A stretch of DNA of 64,000 bases from Clostridia bacterium (GTDB lineage: Bacteria > Bacillota > Clostridia > UMGS1883), in the NCBI GenBank assembly GCA_051866635.1, contig JBJDXJ010000063.1:16820-80819 (forward strand), given 5' to 3'. Shown piece after piece: positions 9,653 to 20,400 of this stretch (positions are counted from its first letter, which is position 1; each line of letters opens with the position of its first letter). The translations under genes and the position numbers were made by a program. The notes under the pieces are model-generated. The model was given only the letters and a program-made list of their open reading frames with translations, had not been told where the DNA came from and did not search any database.

Positions 9653-11513
9653 GTATCATTTCCTTTTCTATTCTTTCAGCTATGCTTCTGCCGTCAAGGG
9701 CATATTTTTTGAGAATATCATCATAAGATCCGTGTTCAACAAAGCTGTCAAGACCTATGGCAACATACTTTGCCGCTACACCCATTTCGGATAATTTTGC
9801 AATAATATTCTCGCCCATTCCACCACGGAGTACGCCTTGCTCCACAGTAACAAGAAATCCTGTTTTCATAACGCTTTCTTTTACTGTATCAACATCCATC
9901 GGAACTATTGTACGCGGGTTAATCACATCGGCTTCTATGCCCTTATCTGAAAGGTACTGTGCAGCTTTCATGGCATGAGGAAGGCTTACACCTTCACTTA
10001 AAATTGTCACACCGTTGCCATGGCGTACATATTGGCACTCTGCAGGTTTAAACTCACCTGAATTATATTTATATTCACAGTTTCCTCTGGGATAGCGTAC
10101 AACTACAGGTCCGTCACACTCATTCACTGCATACCTTAACATTTTCCTCAGTTCGTCAAATGAACAGGGTGACAGAATTGTTATATTTGGCACAGAGGAG
10201 AAAAACGCAATGTCATGTATTCCCTGGTGCGTTTTACCGTCACAAGGTACAAGCCCTGCACGGTCTATTGCAAAAACCACATGCATATTTCCCACCGCAA
10301 CATCATGTATGATAGAATCATAAGCACGCTGGGCAAAGGAGGAATACAAGCTTACAACCGGTATAACCCCGGCACCTGCAAGTCCGCCTGCAAAAGTAAC
10401 AGCATGGGCTTCCGCTATACCTACATCGTAAAACTTATGAGGAAATTCTTTTTCAAAGCCTGCCAATCCGCTTCCCAAAGTCATTGCAGGCGTAATAATT
10501 GCAACATTGTCCTTTTCCCTTGCAATGGCACACATTTCCTCACCGAAAACAGACGAATAAGTTTCCCCGGAGCTTTCTGTAACGCCAACCATTTTATTGA
10601 AAGGTGACACACCGTGATACTTTGAAGGTTCCTTTTCCGCAAAGCTGTAGCCTTTACCCTTCTTTGTTATAACATGAACCATAACAGGCTCATTCAATTT
10701 CAAAGCACGCCTGAAGGTTTCTTCCATTTTACGTATATCATGACCGTCTATGGGTCCCAGATATGTTACACCCAATTCTTCAAAAAGCACACCGGGAGTT
10801 ACAAGATACTTCACATGTTCCTTAGTCCGTCTTATAACATTTGCTATACTTTGTCCGTACTTAGGAAGCCTTTCCAAAGCCGAATCAACATCCTTTTTTG
10901 ACTGAACATATTTCATATTTGTTCTTGCCTTTGTAAGATACTCGTTTAATGCACCTACATTTTCTGAAATTGACATTTCGTTATCGTTTAATACAATAAG
11001 CATACTTCTTCCTGTATGACCTATATTATTCAATCCCTCTATTGCCAGACCGCCCGACAATGCACCGTCACCTATAACTGCGGCAACATTATACTTTTCA
11101 CCTAACAAATCCCTTGCACATGCGGCACCTAACGCCAAGGAAAGAGATGTTGACGTATGACCTGAAACATAAGGGTCGTACCGGCTCTCTCTCGGGTCAC
11201 AAAAACCGCACTCACCGTCCAAACTACGAAGAGTTTTGAAATTTTCCCGTCTTCCGGATAATATTTTATGAGTATAACTCTGGTGTCCCACATCCCATAT
11301 AAGCTTGTCTGTAGGCAATCTTAAAACCCTATGTAAAGCAATTGTCAATTCAACCGCACCTAAATTAGAGGCAAGATGGCCCCCTTGCTTTGCTGTAATA
11401 TCTATAATAATTTCTCTGATTTCTTGTGCCAATAAATTCAGCTGTGCTGTATTTAGTTTCATAAGACTTTCACGGTCATTAATTTTATCAATTAATCTGT
11501 CCACAAAATGCAA
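9633..11513 (-). CDS. dxs: 1-deoxy-D-xylulose-5-phosphate synthase
   Basis: 'GGHLASNLG', 'WDVGHQ', 'GDGA', 'DVGIAE', 'DRAG' motifs. Confidence 0.95.
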   Translation of the reverse strand: MHFVDRLIDKINDRESLMKLNTAQLNLLAQEIREIIIDITAKQGGHLASNLGAVELTIALHRVLRLPTDKLIWDVGHQSYTHKILSGRRENFKTLRSLDGECGFCDPRESRYDPYVSGHTSTSLSLALGAACARDLLGEKYNVAAVIGDGALSGGLAIEGLNNIGHTGRSMLIVLNDNEMSISENVGALNEYLTKARTNMKYVQSKKDVDSALERLPKYGQSIANVIRRTKEHVKYLVTPGVLFEELGVTYLGPIDGHDIRKMEETFRRALKLNEPVMVHVITKKGKGYSFAEKEPSKYHGVSPFNKMVGVTESSGETYSSVFGEEMCAIAREKDNVAIITPAMTLGSGLAGFEKEFPHKFYDVGIAEAHAVTFAGGLAGAGVIPVVSLYSSFAQRAYDSIIHDVAVGNMHVVFAIDRAGLVPCDGKTHQGIHDIAFFSSVPNITILSPCSFDELRKMLRYAVNECDGPVVVRYPRGNCEYKYNSGEFKPAECQYVRHGNGVTILSEGVSLPHAMKAAQYLSDKGIEADVINPRTIVPMDVDTVKESVMKTGFLVTVEQGVLRGGMGENIIAKLSEMGVAAKYVAIGLDSFVEHGSYDDILKKYALDGRSIAERIEKEMIHDKEET

Positions 11514-11643
11514 CCTCCTTTTTCAGGATATGACAAAAATATCTATTAAACATTATAGCACAATCATTTTGTATTGTAAAGTTTTGATGTTTGGAATAGT
11601 TGCACAATTTTTGCTAATTATGAAGTTTACTTAAAAGAAAAAA

Positions 11644-11804
11644 TAAGGGGCTGTGAAAAGCAATTAGATAACAAAAAGACCATTTCGGGACTGTCCCAAC
11701 AAAACCTCGCAAGGTTTCTTTGGCAAATTGTCTCCCAATTTGCCATAAGGGGGACTGAACCGAATGGTCTTAACTTATTTATTAGACTTTTTTACAGCCT
11801 CTTA
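11644..11804. repeat. Structured MITE/REP-like element, copy 2
   Basis: taaggggctgtgaaaag ... cttttttacagcctctta ends; first 90 bp of core identical to the other copies. Confidence 0.9.
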
Positions 11805-11859
11805 AAATCACAAGTATTTTAATGAAAAGTTAAGAGGTGATAGTGAATAGTGAATAAGT

Positions 11860-11897
11860 AAAAATCGACAAGCCTTTTGCAAGCCTTGTCGATTTTT
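11860..11897 (-). terminator. tRNA terminator
   Basis: aaaatcgacaag / cttgtcgatttt stem directly after the tRNA 3' end. Confidence 0.75.
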
Positions 11898-11979
11898 GGT
11901 GCGAGAGGCGGGACTTGAACCCGCATGGTCTCCCACACGCACCTTAAACGTGCGCGTCTGCCGATTCCGCCACTCTCGC
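11897..11979 (-). tRNA. tRNA-Leu, anticodon AAG
   Basis: Reverse complement GCGAGAGTGGCGGAATCGGCAGACGCGCACGTTTAAGGTGCGTGTGGGAGACCATGCGGGTTCAAGTCCCGCCTCTCGCACCA; acceptor stem, anticodon stem CACGT/GCGTG with loop TTAAGGT, long variable arm, GTTCAA T-loop, encoded CCA. Confidence 0.92.
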
Positions 11980-12009
11980 ATATCTATTCGTTTTTCAACG
12001 ACAGGATTT

Positions 12010-12038
12010 ATTATAACAGCACTGAAGCGATTTGTCAA
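12010..12038 (-). promoter_or_regulatory. SigA promoter of tRNA-Leu
   Basis: TTGACA-17 bp-TATAAT with extended TG. Confidence 0.85.
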
Positions 12039-12081
12039 CACAAAATCAAGAAATTTTTGAATTTTTTTGCAAAAATCACTT

Positions 12082-12546
12082 TTACATAATTTTAAGTACC
12101 GCATCAGGTACAAACATGGATACATCCTTGCCGAAACTTTTCAGTTCTTTAACCATAGAAGAAGACACAGCTACATTATCTGCCCTGAAATATACGTATT
12201 CTAAATTGGGGTTAATAAGCTTATTAATTTCCGCTATGTTTTCCTCGTAGTTGTAATCCATATTGTTCCTGAGGCCCCTAATCATGTATTTTATATTGTT
12301 ATCAGATGCATATTCCGCAACAAGACCCTCATGGATAACCACGATACAATTTGTAATTGAGTTTTCTTTCAATGCATTTTCTATGGCGGTTTTCATTTTT
12401 TCGCTTTCGTAATCACGCTTTTTATTTGCATTAATTCCGATTAATATATGTACTGTGTTAAAAAGTTTCGATGCTTTCCTCACCACATCAAGATGACCCT
12501 TTGTAAATGGGTCAAAGCTACCGGGATAAATTGCACTGTTGTTCAT
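12082..12546 (-). CDS. coaD: Pantetheine-phosphate adenylyltransferase
   Basis: 'YPGSFDPFTKGH', 'IRGLR', 'SSSMVKE'. Confidence 0.92.
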   Translation of the reverse strand: MNNSAIYPGSFDPFTKGHLDVVRKASKLFNTVHILIGINANKKRDYESEKMKTAIENALKENSITNCIVVIHEGLVAEYASDNNIKYMIRGLRNNMDYNYEENIAEINKLINPNLEYVYFRADNVAVSSSMVKELKSFGKDVSMFVPDAVLKIM

Positions 12547-12623
12547 TTTCTCTCACTCACATTTCCGTGTATTTTAAATTATTGTTACTCCATTAATTCT
12601 ACTATTTTAAAAGAATTCTGTCA

Positions 12624-12680
12624 ACCAAAATAAAAAAGAAAGGATTTTGAAAAGCCAAAATCCTTTCTTTTATTTTGGTT
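12624..12680 (-). terminator. groEL terminator
   Basis: Long stem aaagaaaggatttt / aaaatcctttcttt with flanking A/T tracts. Confidence 0.8.
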
Positions 12681-12690
12681 GTGTATTTAA

Positions 12691-14343
<1,653 letters not shown>

Positions 14344-14370
14344 TCATTCCTTTCAAACTTTAATCAATCT

Positions 14371-14658
14371 TTAATCAATTTTAGCCAAAATGTCTGATTG
14401 ACGAACAATCTTATATTCAACGCCGTCAAGCTTAACTTCAGTACCGGCATACTGCGAAAGAATAACCTTATCGCCTACTTCTACTTCCATTTTTACTTCT
14501 TTGCCGTCAATTACACCGCCGGGACCTACAGCCAATACGTTTGCATAAACGGGCTTTTCCTTAGCTGTACCCGTAAGAACGATACCGCTTTTTGTCTGGC
14601 TTTCTTCAACTTCTGCCATTTTTACAACTACTCTGTCTCCTAAAGGTTTAATTGTCAT
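14371..14658 (-). CDS. groES: Co-chaperonin GroES
   Basis: 'IKPLGDRVVV', 'AVGPG', 'YAGTEVK'. Confidence 0.99.
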   Translation of the reverse strand: MTIKPLGDRVVVKMAEVEESQTKSGIVLTGTAKEKPVYANVLAVGPGGVIDGKEVKMEVEVGDKVILSQYAGTEVKLDGVEYKIVRQSDILAKID

Positions 14659-14682
14659 TATAATTACCTCCCAATTATTTTG

Positions 14683-14709
14683 TTAGCACTCACTAAAGGT
14701 GACTGCTAA
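14683..14709. promoter_or_regulatory. CIRCE element (HrcA operator)
   Basis: TTAGCACTC-N9-GACTGCTAA, one mismatch to consensus, between a TTGCAA-17-TATTAT promoter and groES. Confidence 0.92.
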
Positions 14710-14832
14710 TACTTTATTAGAATAATAGCACACAGATTTAATTATTGCAAGTGTTAATTGTTTTATTTTTGTTTTATTGGAAATAAATTCATCATTTGTT
14801 CATATATATTATATACCGGGAGAGTGATAATA

Positions 14833-15432
14833 ATGATAAGAAATCGAGTAGACCTTAAATCCCTTAATTCATTCGGGATATGCAAAGCATACGTTGATGA
14901 AAATTCCGTAAGTATTAAAGTATATGGTGTGTCAGGCTGTTTAAAGGTATGGCTTACAGGTGATAAAACAGTGGAGCTTGGCAATGTTGTGGACGGAAGC
15001 CTAAAAAAAGAAATTGACACCTCGCCCTTTGAAGGAATTTTGATAACTCAAAGCGGAAGACAAATGTTCTACGGAAAATTTCGGGAAGACGATAAAACTG
15101 AAGTACAACAGCAACCCTCATCATCACCGAAGGCTGAAATTTTTAATTTCAAAGACGGCTACAACTGGCGTGAAATCACCACAAAGGAATTTCCCTCTGA
15201 AAATCTTTCCGTAAGATACATATTAAGCCATAAATGCTTTTACAGTGCCTTTTTGCTTCACGGCAGATATTTTTACGGCACAAAGGAAAACCGCTGTGCA
15301 GTTGCCATTGAATGTAATATAAAAAGTGAACCTCATCCCTTTTTACACCTTTCTGCCTATTCAACATACAAGGACGGCTACATGATAGTATGTGTAAATA
15401 CAGAAAATAAAACCTTTTGCAGTTATGAATAA
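14833..15432 (+). CDS. Hypothetical protein
   Basis: ATG 14833 after GGGAGAG RBS; no confident family. Confidence 0.65.
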   Translation: MIRNRVDLKSLNSFGICKAYVDENSVSIKVYGVSGCLKVWLTGDKTVELGNVVDGSLKKEIDTSPFEGILITQSGRQMFYGKFREDDKTEVQQQPSSSPKAEIFNFKDGYNWREITTKEFPSENLSVRYILSHKCFYSAFLLHGRYFYGTKENRCAVAIECNIKSEPHPFLHLSAYSTYKDGYMIVCVNTENKTFCSYE

Positions 15433-15475
15433 TATAAACTAACAGGGAAAGAATAGAAACAGAAAGGATGATTTT

Positions 15476-15661
15476 ATGATTAATGTATCCGTAAAAGAGT
15501 TTCACGCCATAGAAACTCAACTTGAAGCAGAAAAAATACTGATAAATAAATATCGGGATTTTGCCAAATCCGCTACAGAAAACAATCTTCGTGACAAATG
15601 CTTAAACATTGCATCGGTCCACGAAAAGCACTATAATACATTATTGGGATACCTTAAATAA
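15476..15661 (+). CDS. Small spore-coat-associated (ferritin-like helix) protein
   Basis: AAGGA RBS; 'QLEAEKILINKY...HEKHYNTLLGYL' resembles clostridial coat-associated small proteins. Confidence 0.55.
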   Translation: MINVSVKEFHAIETQLEAEKILINKYRDFAKSATENNLRDKCLNIASVHEKHYNTLLGYLK

Positions 15662-15672
15662 AAGGAGCAGTT

Positions 15673-15915
15673 ATGGATAAAAATCAATCAATCAAAGAAT
15701 TTCAGAACAATCAGAAGCACATAGGTTCAAACTACTATTCCTTTGCCAATGAATGTGAAAACCCTAATTTAAGAATTGACTTTCTCGCTTTCGCACGTGA
15801 AGAAAGTGACATTATCACTTGGCTTAATTATGAGCTTGACGAGGGCGAAGTTCCGCCTAAAAATTATGCCCCCGAATTACAGGTAAAAGAGGCTTATACG
15901 AAATATTCACAGTGA
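15673..15915 (+). CDS. Coat F-like small protein
   Basis: AGGAG RBS; 'YYSFANECENPNLR' motif; paired with preceding ORF. Confidence 0.55.
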   Translation: MDKNQSIKEFQNNQKHIGSNYYSFANECENPNLRIDFLAFAREESDIITWLNYELDEGEVPPKNYAPELQVKEAYTKYSQ

Positions 15916-15959
15916 AAACAGCTTGGACGGCATTACCATATGCCATCCAAGCTGTTTTT
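15915..15959. terminator. Bidirectional terminator
   Basis: aaaacagcttgga...tccaagctgtttt stem between convergent genes. Confidence 0.85.
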
Positions 15960-15979
15960 ATGTTTTCATGTTTGTATGA

Positions 15980-17179
15980 TTATTCCCCAAGGCTGAATTT
16001 GAATATAGCCGATTCGTCCTCCCAGTTTTCGTTGGATACCCAGTAAACTGTTTTATCTGTTAAATTATAAACAACAGAATGTACAGTACAAGTATTTTTA
16101 TCGTCATTATTCCAGCCTCGCCTGCCAACTGTGGAAAGAAGGGTCATTGCCTCTTTTTCATCCTTTACAACGCCATCTGTTTCGTTAAGGACTTCATAGA
16201 GCCTTTCGTAACGGTCAAGACCTTTCATGTCATCTTCATTTGTGTAATAGTGGGGTTCTAACACAAAATTTGTAATCCACTGATAATCAGCTTCTTTTTC
16301 CCTTTCGCCTATATATCCGTCATTGTCGTTATAATGCACCTTAAGCTCACGCTTTTCTCCGTCGTTATCTGTCTCGTCAGTGCCTGCTACCCATTCAAGT
16401 ATGGCACTTTTCCCTGTTGCATCTGCCACCATATAGTGATAAGAAGTATTAGCACTGTCATGAAGGTCATATTCACGAACAAGACTTACAGCTTCTTCAA
16501 CGCTGTCTGCATAGTCAAGTATTAATCTTAACATAGTTGTTGATGTTATATCGGGCTTATCCGTGTTCTGATTTGTGGCAACAGTTTCCTTACCCTGATA
16601 TGTCATATAAATACCGCAACTTACGCCTGCATCGTTAATGCCGTCAATGGGTGCGTAAGGTGCTGCAAGGCATGTAATTTTATCCATAAGTCCGCCTAAA
16701 TCACTATTTACATCAATGCCTAAAAACTGTAAATCCACCGTGGAGATTGTGGCGTGTCTGTCACCTTGAGCTTTAGTAAATACAAGACAAGTATTTGTCT
16801 TTGAAAAGTCGTAATTTCTGCCGAAAAGTCTCTTTCCGTCAGTTGTCTGTACAGTAAAGGAGGAACAGCCGATTTCGGGGCTTTCCATGCCCATATCAAT
16901 AAGACCTTTTGTAATCTTACCTGTTACAAAGTTTATAAGCTCACCGTCGCTTTTCGCACCGCCCTCTGCCAAAAATTCATCAAAGTAAAATCCGCCCTTA
17001 ACGTCCATTGTATAAACCGCACCGTCCATATGCTCGTCGTTACGGTCACGCACTTTTTTTATGCTCATAAGTGTTGAAATTTCTTTTCCCCAAACAGCAT
17101 AAACTGCTATGCCAAGAATAAGCACAATTGCAATTATTACTATTACTGTGCCGAGTAAAATTTTTTGCCATTTCTGCAT
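15980..17179 (-). CDS. Membrane-anchored linear amide C-N hydrolase (Ntn hydrolase, choloylglycine hydrolase-like)
   Basis: N-terminal TM; 'GCSSF' nucleophile Cys, 'GRNYDF', 'DGINDAG', 'TNF', 'RY'. Confidence 0.85.
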   Translation of the reverse strand: MQKWQKILLGTVIVIIAIVLILGIAVYAVWGKEISTLMSIKKVRDRNDEHMDGAVYTMDVKGGFYFDEFLAEGGAKSDGELINFVTGKITKGLIDMGMESPEIGCSSFTVQTTDGKRLFGRNYDFSKTNTCLVFTKAQGDRHATISTVDLQFLGIDVNSDLGGLMDKITCLAAPYAPIDGINDAGVSCGIYMTYQGKETVATNQNTDKPDITSTTMLRLILDYADSVEEAVSLVREYDLHDSANTSYHYMVADATGKSAILEWVAGTDETDNDGEKRELKVHYNDNDGYIGEREKEADYQWITNFVLEPHYYTNEDDMKGLDRYERLYEVLNETDGVVKDEKEAMTLLSTVGRRGWNNDDKNTCTVHSVVYNLTDKTVYWVSNENWEDESAIFKFSLGE

Positions 17180-17194
17180 AGAATAAAACCTTTC

Positions 17195-18571
17195 TTATCT
17201 TAAAAACATATGAATTAAAAATTCGTTTACTTTTTTAAAGGGCTGATACCTCATAGGTAAATCAATCCATGTTTTTTTGTCAACAATGCTCTTTTCGTGG
17301 CTGAATGTATCAAAACCGTACTTTCCGTGGTATGAACCCATACCGCTCTCACCCATGCCGCCAAATCCCATACGGCTTGTTGCAAGGTGTATAACAACGT
17401 CGTTCACACATCCGCCTCCGAAGGGGCATCGGTTTGTAACTTTTTTAATAACCTTTTTATCCTCAGAGAATATATACAATGCCAAAGGTGAAGGATGATT
17501 ATTTACGGTTTCTATCACATCATCTGTATCACTATAGGTCAATATGGGAAGTATGGGTCCGAAAATTTCTTCACCCATAACACTGTCGTCCCAAGTTACA
17601 TTATCCATAACCGTAGGTTCAATTTTAAGCTTTTCCCTATCACTTTTACCGCCTTTTACAACCTTATCAAAGTCGATAAGACTGCAAATTCTGTCAAAAT
17701 GCTTATTATTTATTATCTTTCCGTAATCGGGGTTTTCAAGGGCATTTCCAAATTGCTTATCAATTTCCTTCTTTAAATTTTCCAAAAGATTGTCTTTCAC
17801 ATCCTTATGGCAAAGGATATAGTCAGGTGCAACACAGGTCTGCCCCAAGTTTAAATATTTCCCCCACACAATACGCTTTGCACTAAGCTTTATATTGGCA
17901 CTTTTATCCACAATACAAGGGCTTTTGCCACCTAATTCCAGCGTTACGGGCGTAAGATTTTTTGATGCCTTTTCCATAACAAGTCTGCCTACAGTTTTGC
18001 CACCTGTGAAAAATATGTAGTCAAATTTTTGTTCCAAAAGGCTTTTATTTTCTTCTCTGCCTCCATCTACAAATGCAACGTATTTTTCATCAAAGGTTCC
18101 CTTTATAATTTCGCCTAAAACTTTTGTTGTATAAGGTGAATATGCACTTGGTTTAACAACAGCCGTGTTGCCGGCGGCAAGTGCATCAACAAGCGGTTCA
18201 ACAGTTAAAAGGAAAGGGTAATTCCATGGACTCATAATAAGGCATACACCGTAGGGTGACTTTTTAACATAACTTCTTGCGTGAAACTGTGCAAGAGGTG
18301 TCAGTTTTGTTTTGTCCTTAGCAAATTTTTTTATATGGCTTAACATAAAGCTGATTTCGCTAAGCACAAGCCCTGTTTCGCACATGTAACCCTCAAAGGC
18401 ACTTTTTCCCAAGTCCTTTTTTATGGCTTCGTTAATTTTATCGGTATTGTCTTCAATAGCCTTTTTAAGTTTTTTAAGTGCTTCTATACGGAATTTAACA
18501 TCCAGCGTTTCGCCCGTTTTAAAATAGGAACGCTGTTTTTCAACGATATTTTTAATTTCTTCCTGGGTCAT
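17195..18571 (-). CDS. Aldehyde dehydrogenase (ALDH3/YwdH-like)
   Basis: 'PWNYP', 'FTGG', 'ELGGKSP', 'GQTCVAPDY', 'EEIFGP'. Confidence 0.93.
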   Translation of the reverse strand: MTQEEIKNIVEKQRSYFKTGETLDVKFRIEALKKLKKAIEDNTDKINEAIKKDLGKSAFEGYMCETGLVLSEISFMLSHIKKFAKDKTKLTPLAQFHARSYVKKSPYGVCLIMSPWNYPFLLTVEPLVDALAAGNTAVVKPSAYSPYTTKVLGEIIKGTFDEKYVAFVDGGREENKSLLEQKFDYIFFTGGKTVGRLVMEKASKNLTPVTLELGGKSPCIVDKSANIKLSAKRIVWGKYLNLGQTCVAPDYILCHKDVKDNLLENLKKEIDKQFGNALENPDYGKIINNKHFDRICSLIDFDKVVKGGKSDREKLKIEPTVMDNVTWDDSVMGEEIFGPILPILTYSDTDDVIETVNNHPSPLALYIFSEDKKVIKKVTNRCPFGGGCVNDVVIHLATSRMGFGGMGESGMGSYHGKYGFDTFSHEKSIVDKKTWIDLPMRYQPFKKVNEFLIHMFLR

Positions 18572-18573
18572 TA

Positions 18574-19776
18574 TTACACCGCCTTAACATCAAAATAGAA
18601 CTTTTCCAAATCCTTTGCATCCATCAGCTTAGGCACAGGGTACAAGGGGTTTGCTTCCTTTGCCGCAAGGTGGGCAAGACGAGGTATATCCTCTTCTTTA
18701 ATCCCTTCTATTTTATCGGGAATATTCATGGTTTTGTTCATTTCTTCAATTTTCTTAATGAAAGCCTCTGCACCGTCTTTATCGGATGCATTTTTATCAA
18801 CAATTTTTATAGCTCTTGCAAGCTCTCCAAGCTTTTTATATACACTTTCGCCGTATCCCTTTAATACATAAGGAAGCAGTACCGCATTTGCCAAGCCGTG
18901 AGGTACACCGTACTCACCACCCAAAGTGTGTGCAACTGCATGGCAGTAACCAACATATGAAGTTGAAAAGGCTCTTCCTGCCAAAAAGGAGGCATAGAGC
19001 ATATTTACCCTTGCACTTTTATTTTCAGGATTGTTATACGCTTCAAACAGATTTTCGCATATAAGCTGAAGTGCAAAAATTGCATCACGTCTTGTTGATT
19101 TCGTTGTTGAATTTCCTATATACGCCTCAACCGCATGAGTTAAAGCATCCATACCTGTTGTTGCCACAATATGGGGCGGCAGAGTAGCCGTAGTTTCAGG
19201 GTCATGAACTGCCACACGTGGAATAAGCGGAAAGTCATTAATGGGAACTTTATGATGTGTTTTTTCATCTGTTATAACACTTGCAAGTGTTACTTCACTG
19301 CCTGTACCTGCTGTTGTAGGCACCGCAATAAGAAATGGTATACTTTTTCTTATTTTCAATATACCGCCCATTTTTTGAACAGGCTGCTTCTTTTTTGCAA
19401 TGCGGGCACCTACAGCCTTTGCACAGTCAATACTTGAACCTCCGCCTAAACCAATCAATGCCTGACAACCGCTTTTAATATAAAGTGCCCTTGCATCTTC
19501 CACATTTTCAATTGTGGGATTGGGAACAGTCTTATCAAAAATAACATAGCTTATCTGGTTGGCTTTAAGTGCATTTTCAAGCTTTTTAAAAGCATCAATA
19601 CGCCTTACGGTCTTATCGGTGACAATAAGCACATTATTAAAATCCTTTTCACGGAGTATAATAGGTATTTTTTCAATTGTTTCCGTAATGCGGGGGCTTC
19701 TGTAAGGCATAAATGGAATTGCAATTTTAAAAATGTTCTGAAAAGCTCTGTAATATATCTTTTGTAATACGTTCAT
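18574..19776 (-). CDS. Iron-containing alcohol dehydrogenase
   Basis: 'GGGSSID', 'PTTAGTGSE', 'DALTHAVEA', 'HGLANA'. Confidence 0.93.
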   Translation of the reverse strand: MNVLQKIYYRAFQNIFKIAIPFMPYRSPRITETIEKIPIILREKDFNNVLIVTDKTVRRIDAFKKLENALKANQISYVIFDKTVPNPTIENVEDARALYIKSGCQALIGLGGGSSIDCAKAVGARIAKKKQPVQKMGGILKIRKSIPFLIAVPTTAGTGSEVTLASVITDEKTHHKVPINDFPLIPRVAVHDPETTATLPPHIVATTGMDALTHAVEAYIGNSTTKSTRRDAIFALQLICENLFEAYNNPENKSARVNMLYASFLAGRAFSTSYVGYCHAVAHTLGGEYGVPHGLANAVLLPYVLKGYGESVYKKLGELARAIKIVDKNASDKDGAEAFIKKIEEMNKTMNIPDKIEGIKEEDIPRLAHLAAKEANPLYPVPKLMDAKDLEKFYFDVKAV

Positions 19777-19790
19777 ATTCTTTTCCTTTC

Positions 19791-20219
19791 TCAGCACATT
19801 TGTGCCAAATTACTTACTATCTTTTCAAAAGCAGTGTAAAAAATGGCTCTTTCCTGATTTGAAAGCCCTTCCCCTGCTTTTTGTACAACACGGTTTATCT
19901 TGTCATTTATGTCACTTACTACCTTTTTGCCGGCATCTGTCACAAAATAACGTGCCTTATACTTTTTTCCGTCCTCCTGACTGACGTAGCCTTTTTCCTT
20001 CAAAACAGCAAGAGACTTTGAAACACCTGCCTTGTCCTCCATGCATTTATCACAAAGTTCCACTGCCGTAAGTCCGTCTGAATTTTTCCCCAAAAATAAA
20101 AGGCACGCCACATTGGACCCTTTTAACCCGTATTCTATCATTTCCTGGGCTTTAATTTTCAAAATATACTTGTATGCCAATGTAACCTGACTTGTAAATT
20201 CTTCAAACCTATGTATCAT
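19791..20219 (-). CDS. MarR family transcriptional regulator
   Basis: 'LTAVELCDKCMEDKAGVSKSLAVLKEKGYV' winged HTH; ATG 20219 after GGAGG. Confidence 0.85.
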   Translation of the reverse strand: MIHRFEEFTSQVTLAYKYILKIKAQEMIEYGLKGSNVACLLFLGKNSDGLTAVELCDKCMEDKAGVSKSLAVLKEKGYVSQEDGKKYKARYFVTDAGKKVVSDINDKINRVVQKAGEGLSNQERAIFYTAFEKIVSNLAQMC

Positions 20220-20235
20220 ACAAAACCTCCTGTCG

Positions 20236-20291
20236 AATTTTGTTGACATCTCAACAAAATTTATTATACCATATTTTTCTCGATGTGTCAA
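20236..20291 (-). promoter_or_regulatory. SigA promoter plus palindromic operator
   Basis: TTGACA(20291-20286)-17-TATAAT(20268-20263), followed by perfect 11-bp IR aattttgttga-N4-tcaacaaaatt (20236-20261). Confidence 0.85.
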
Positions 20292-20400
20292 TAAAAAAGG
20301 TGTAGGCTCATTTGAGAACATTATACTGTGCAAAATCAGGCATGTCCCGGATACAAAATATTTTTTCGTTAAATCTCTTTTTCAATTTATTTATGCTTAT

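Noticed and set aside
11897-11979. Reading the anticodon as TAA; tRNA as an integration site
   Set aside because: Only CACGT/GCGTG forms a 5-bp stem, centring AAG; no integrase or duplicated tRNA 3' end was seen
11808-12125. 105-aa ORF in the track
   Set aside because: Runs through the tRNA, its promoter and its terminator; spurious
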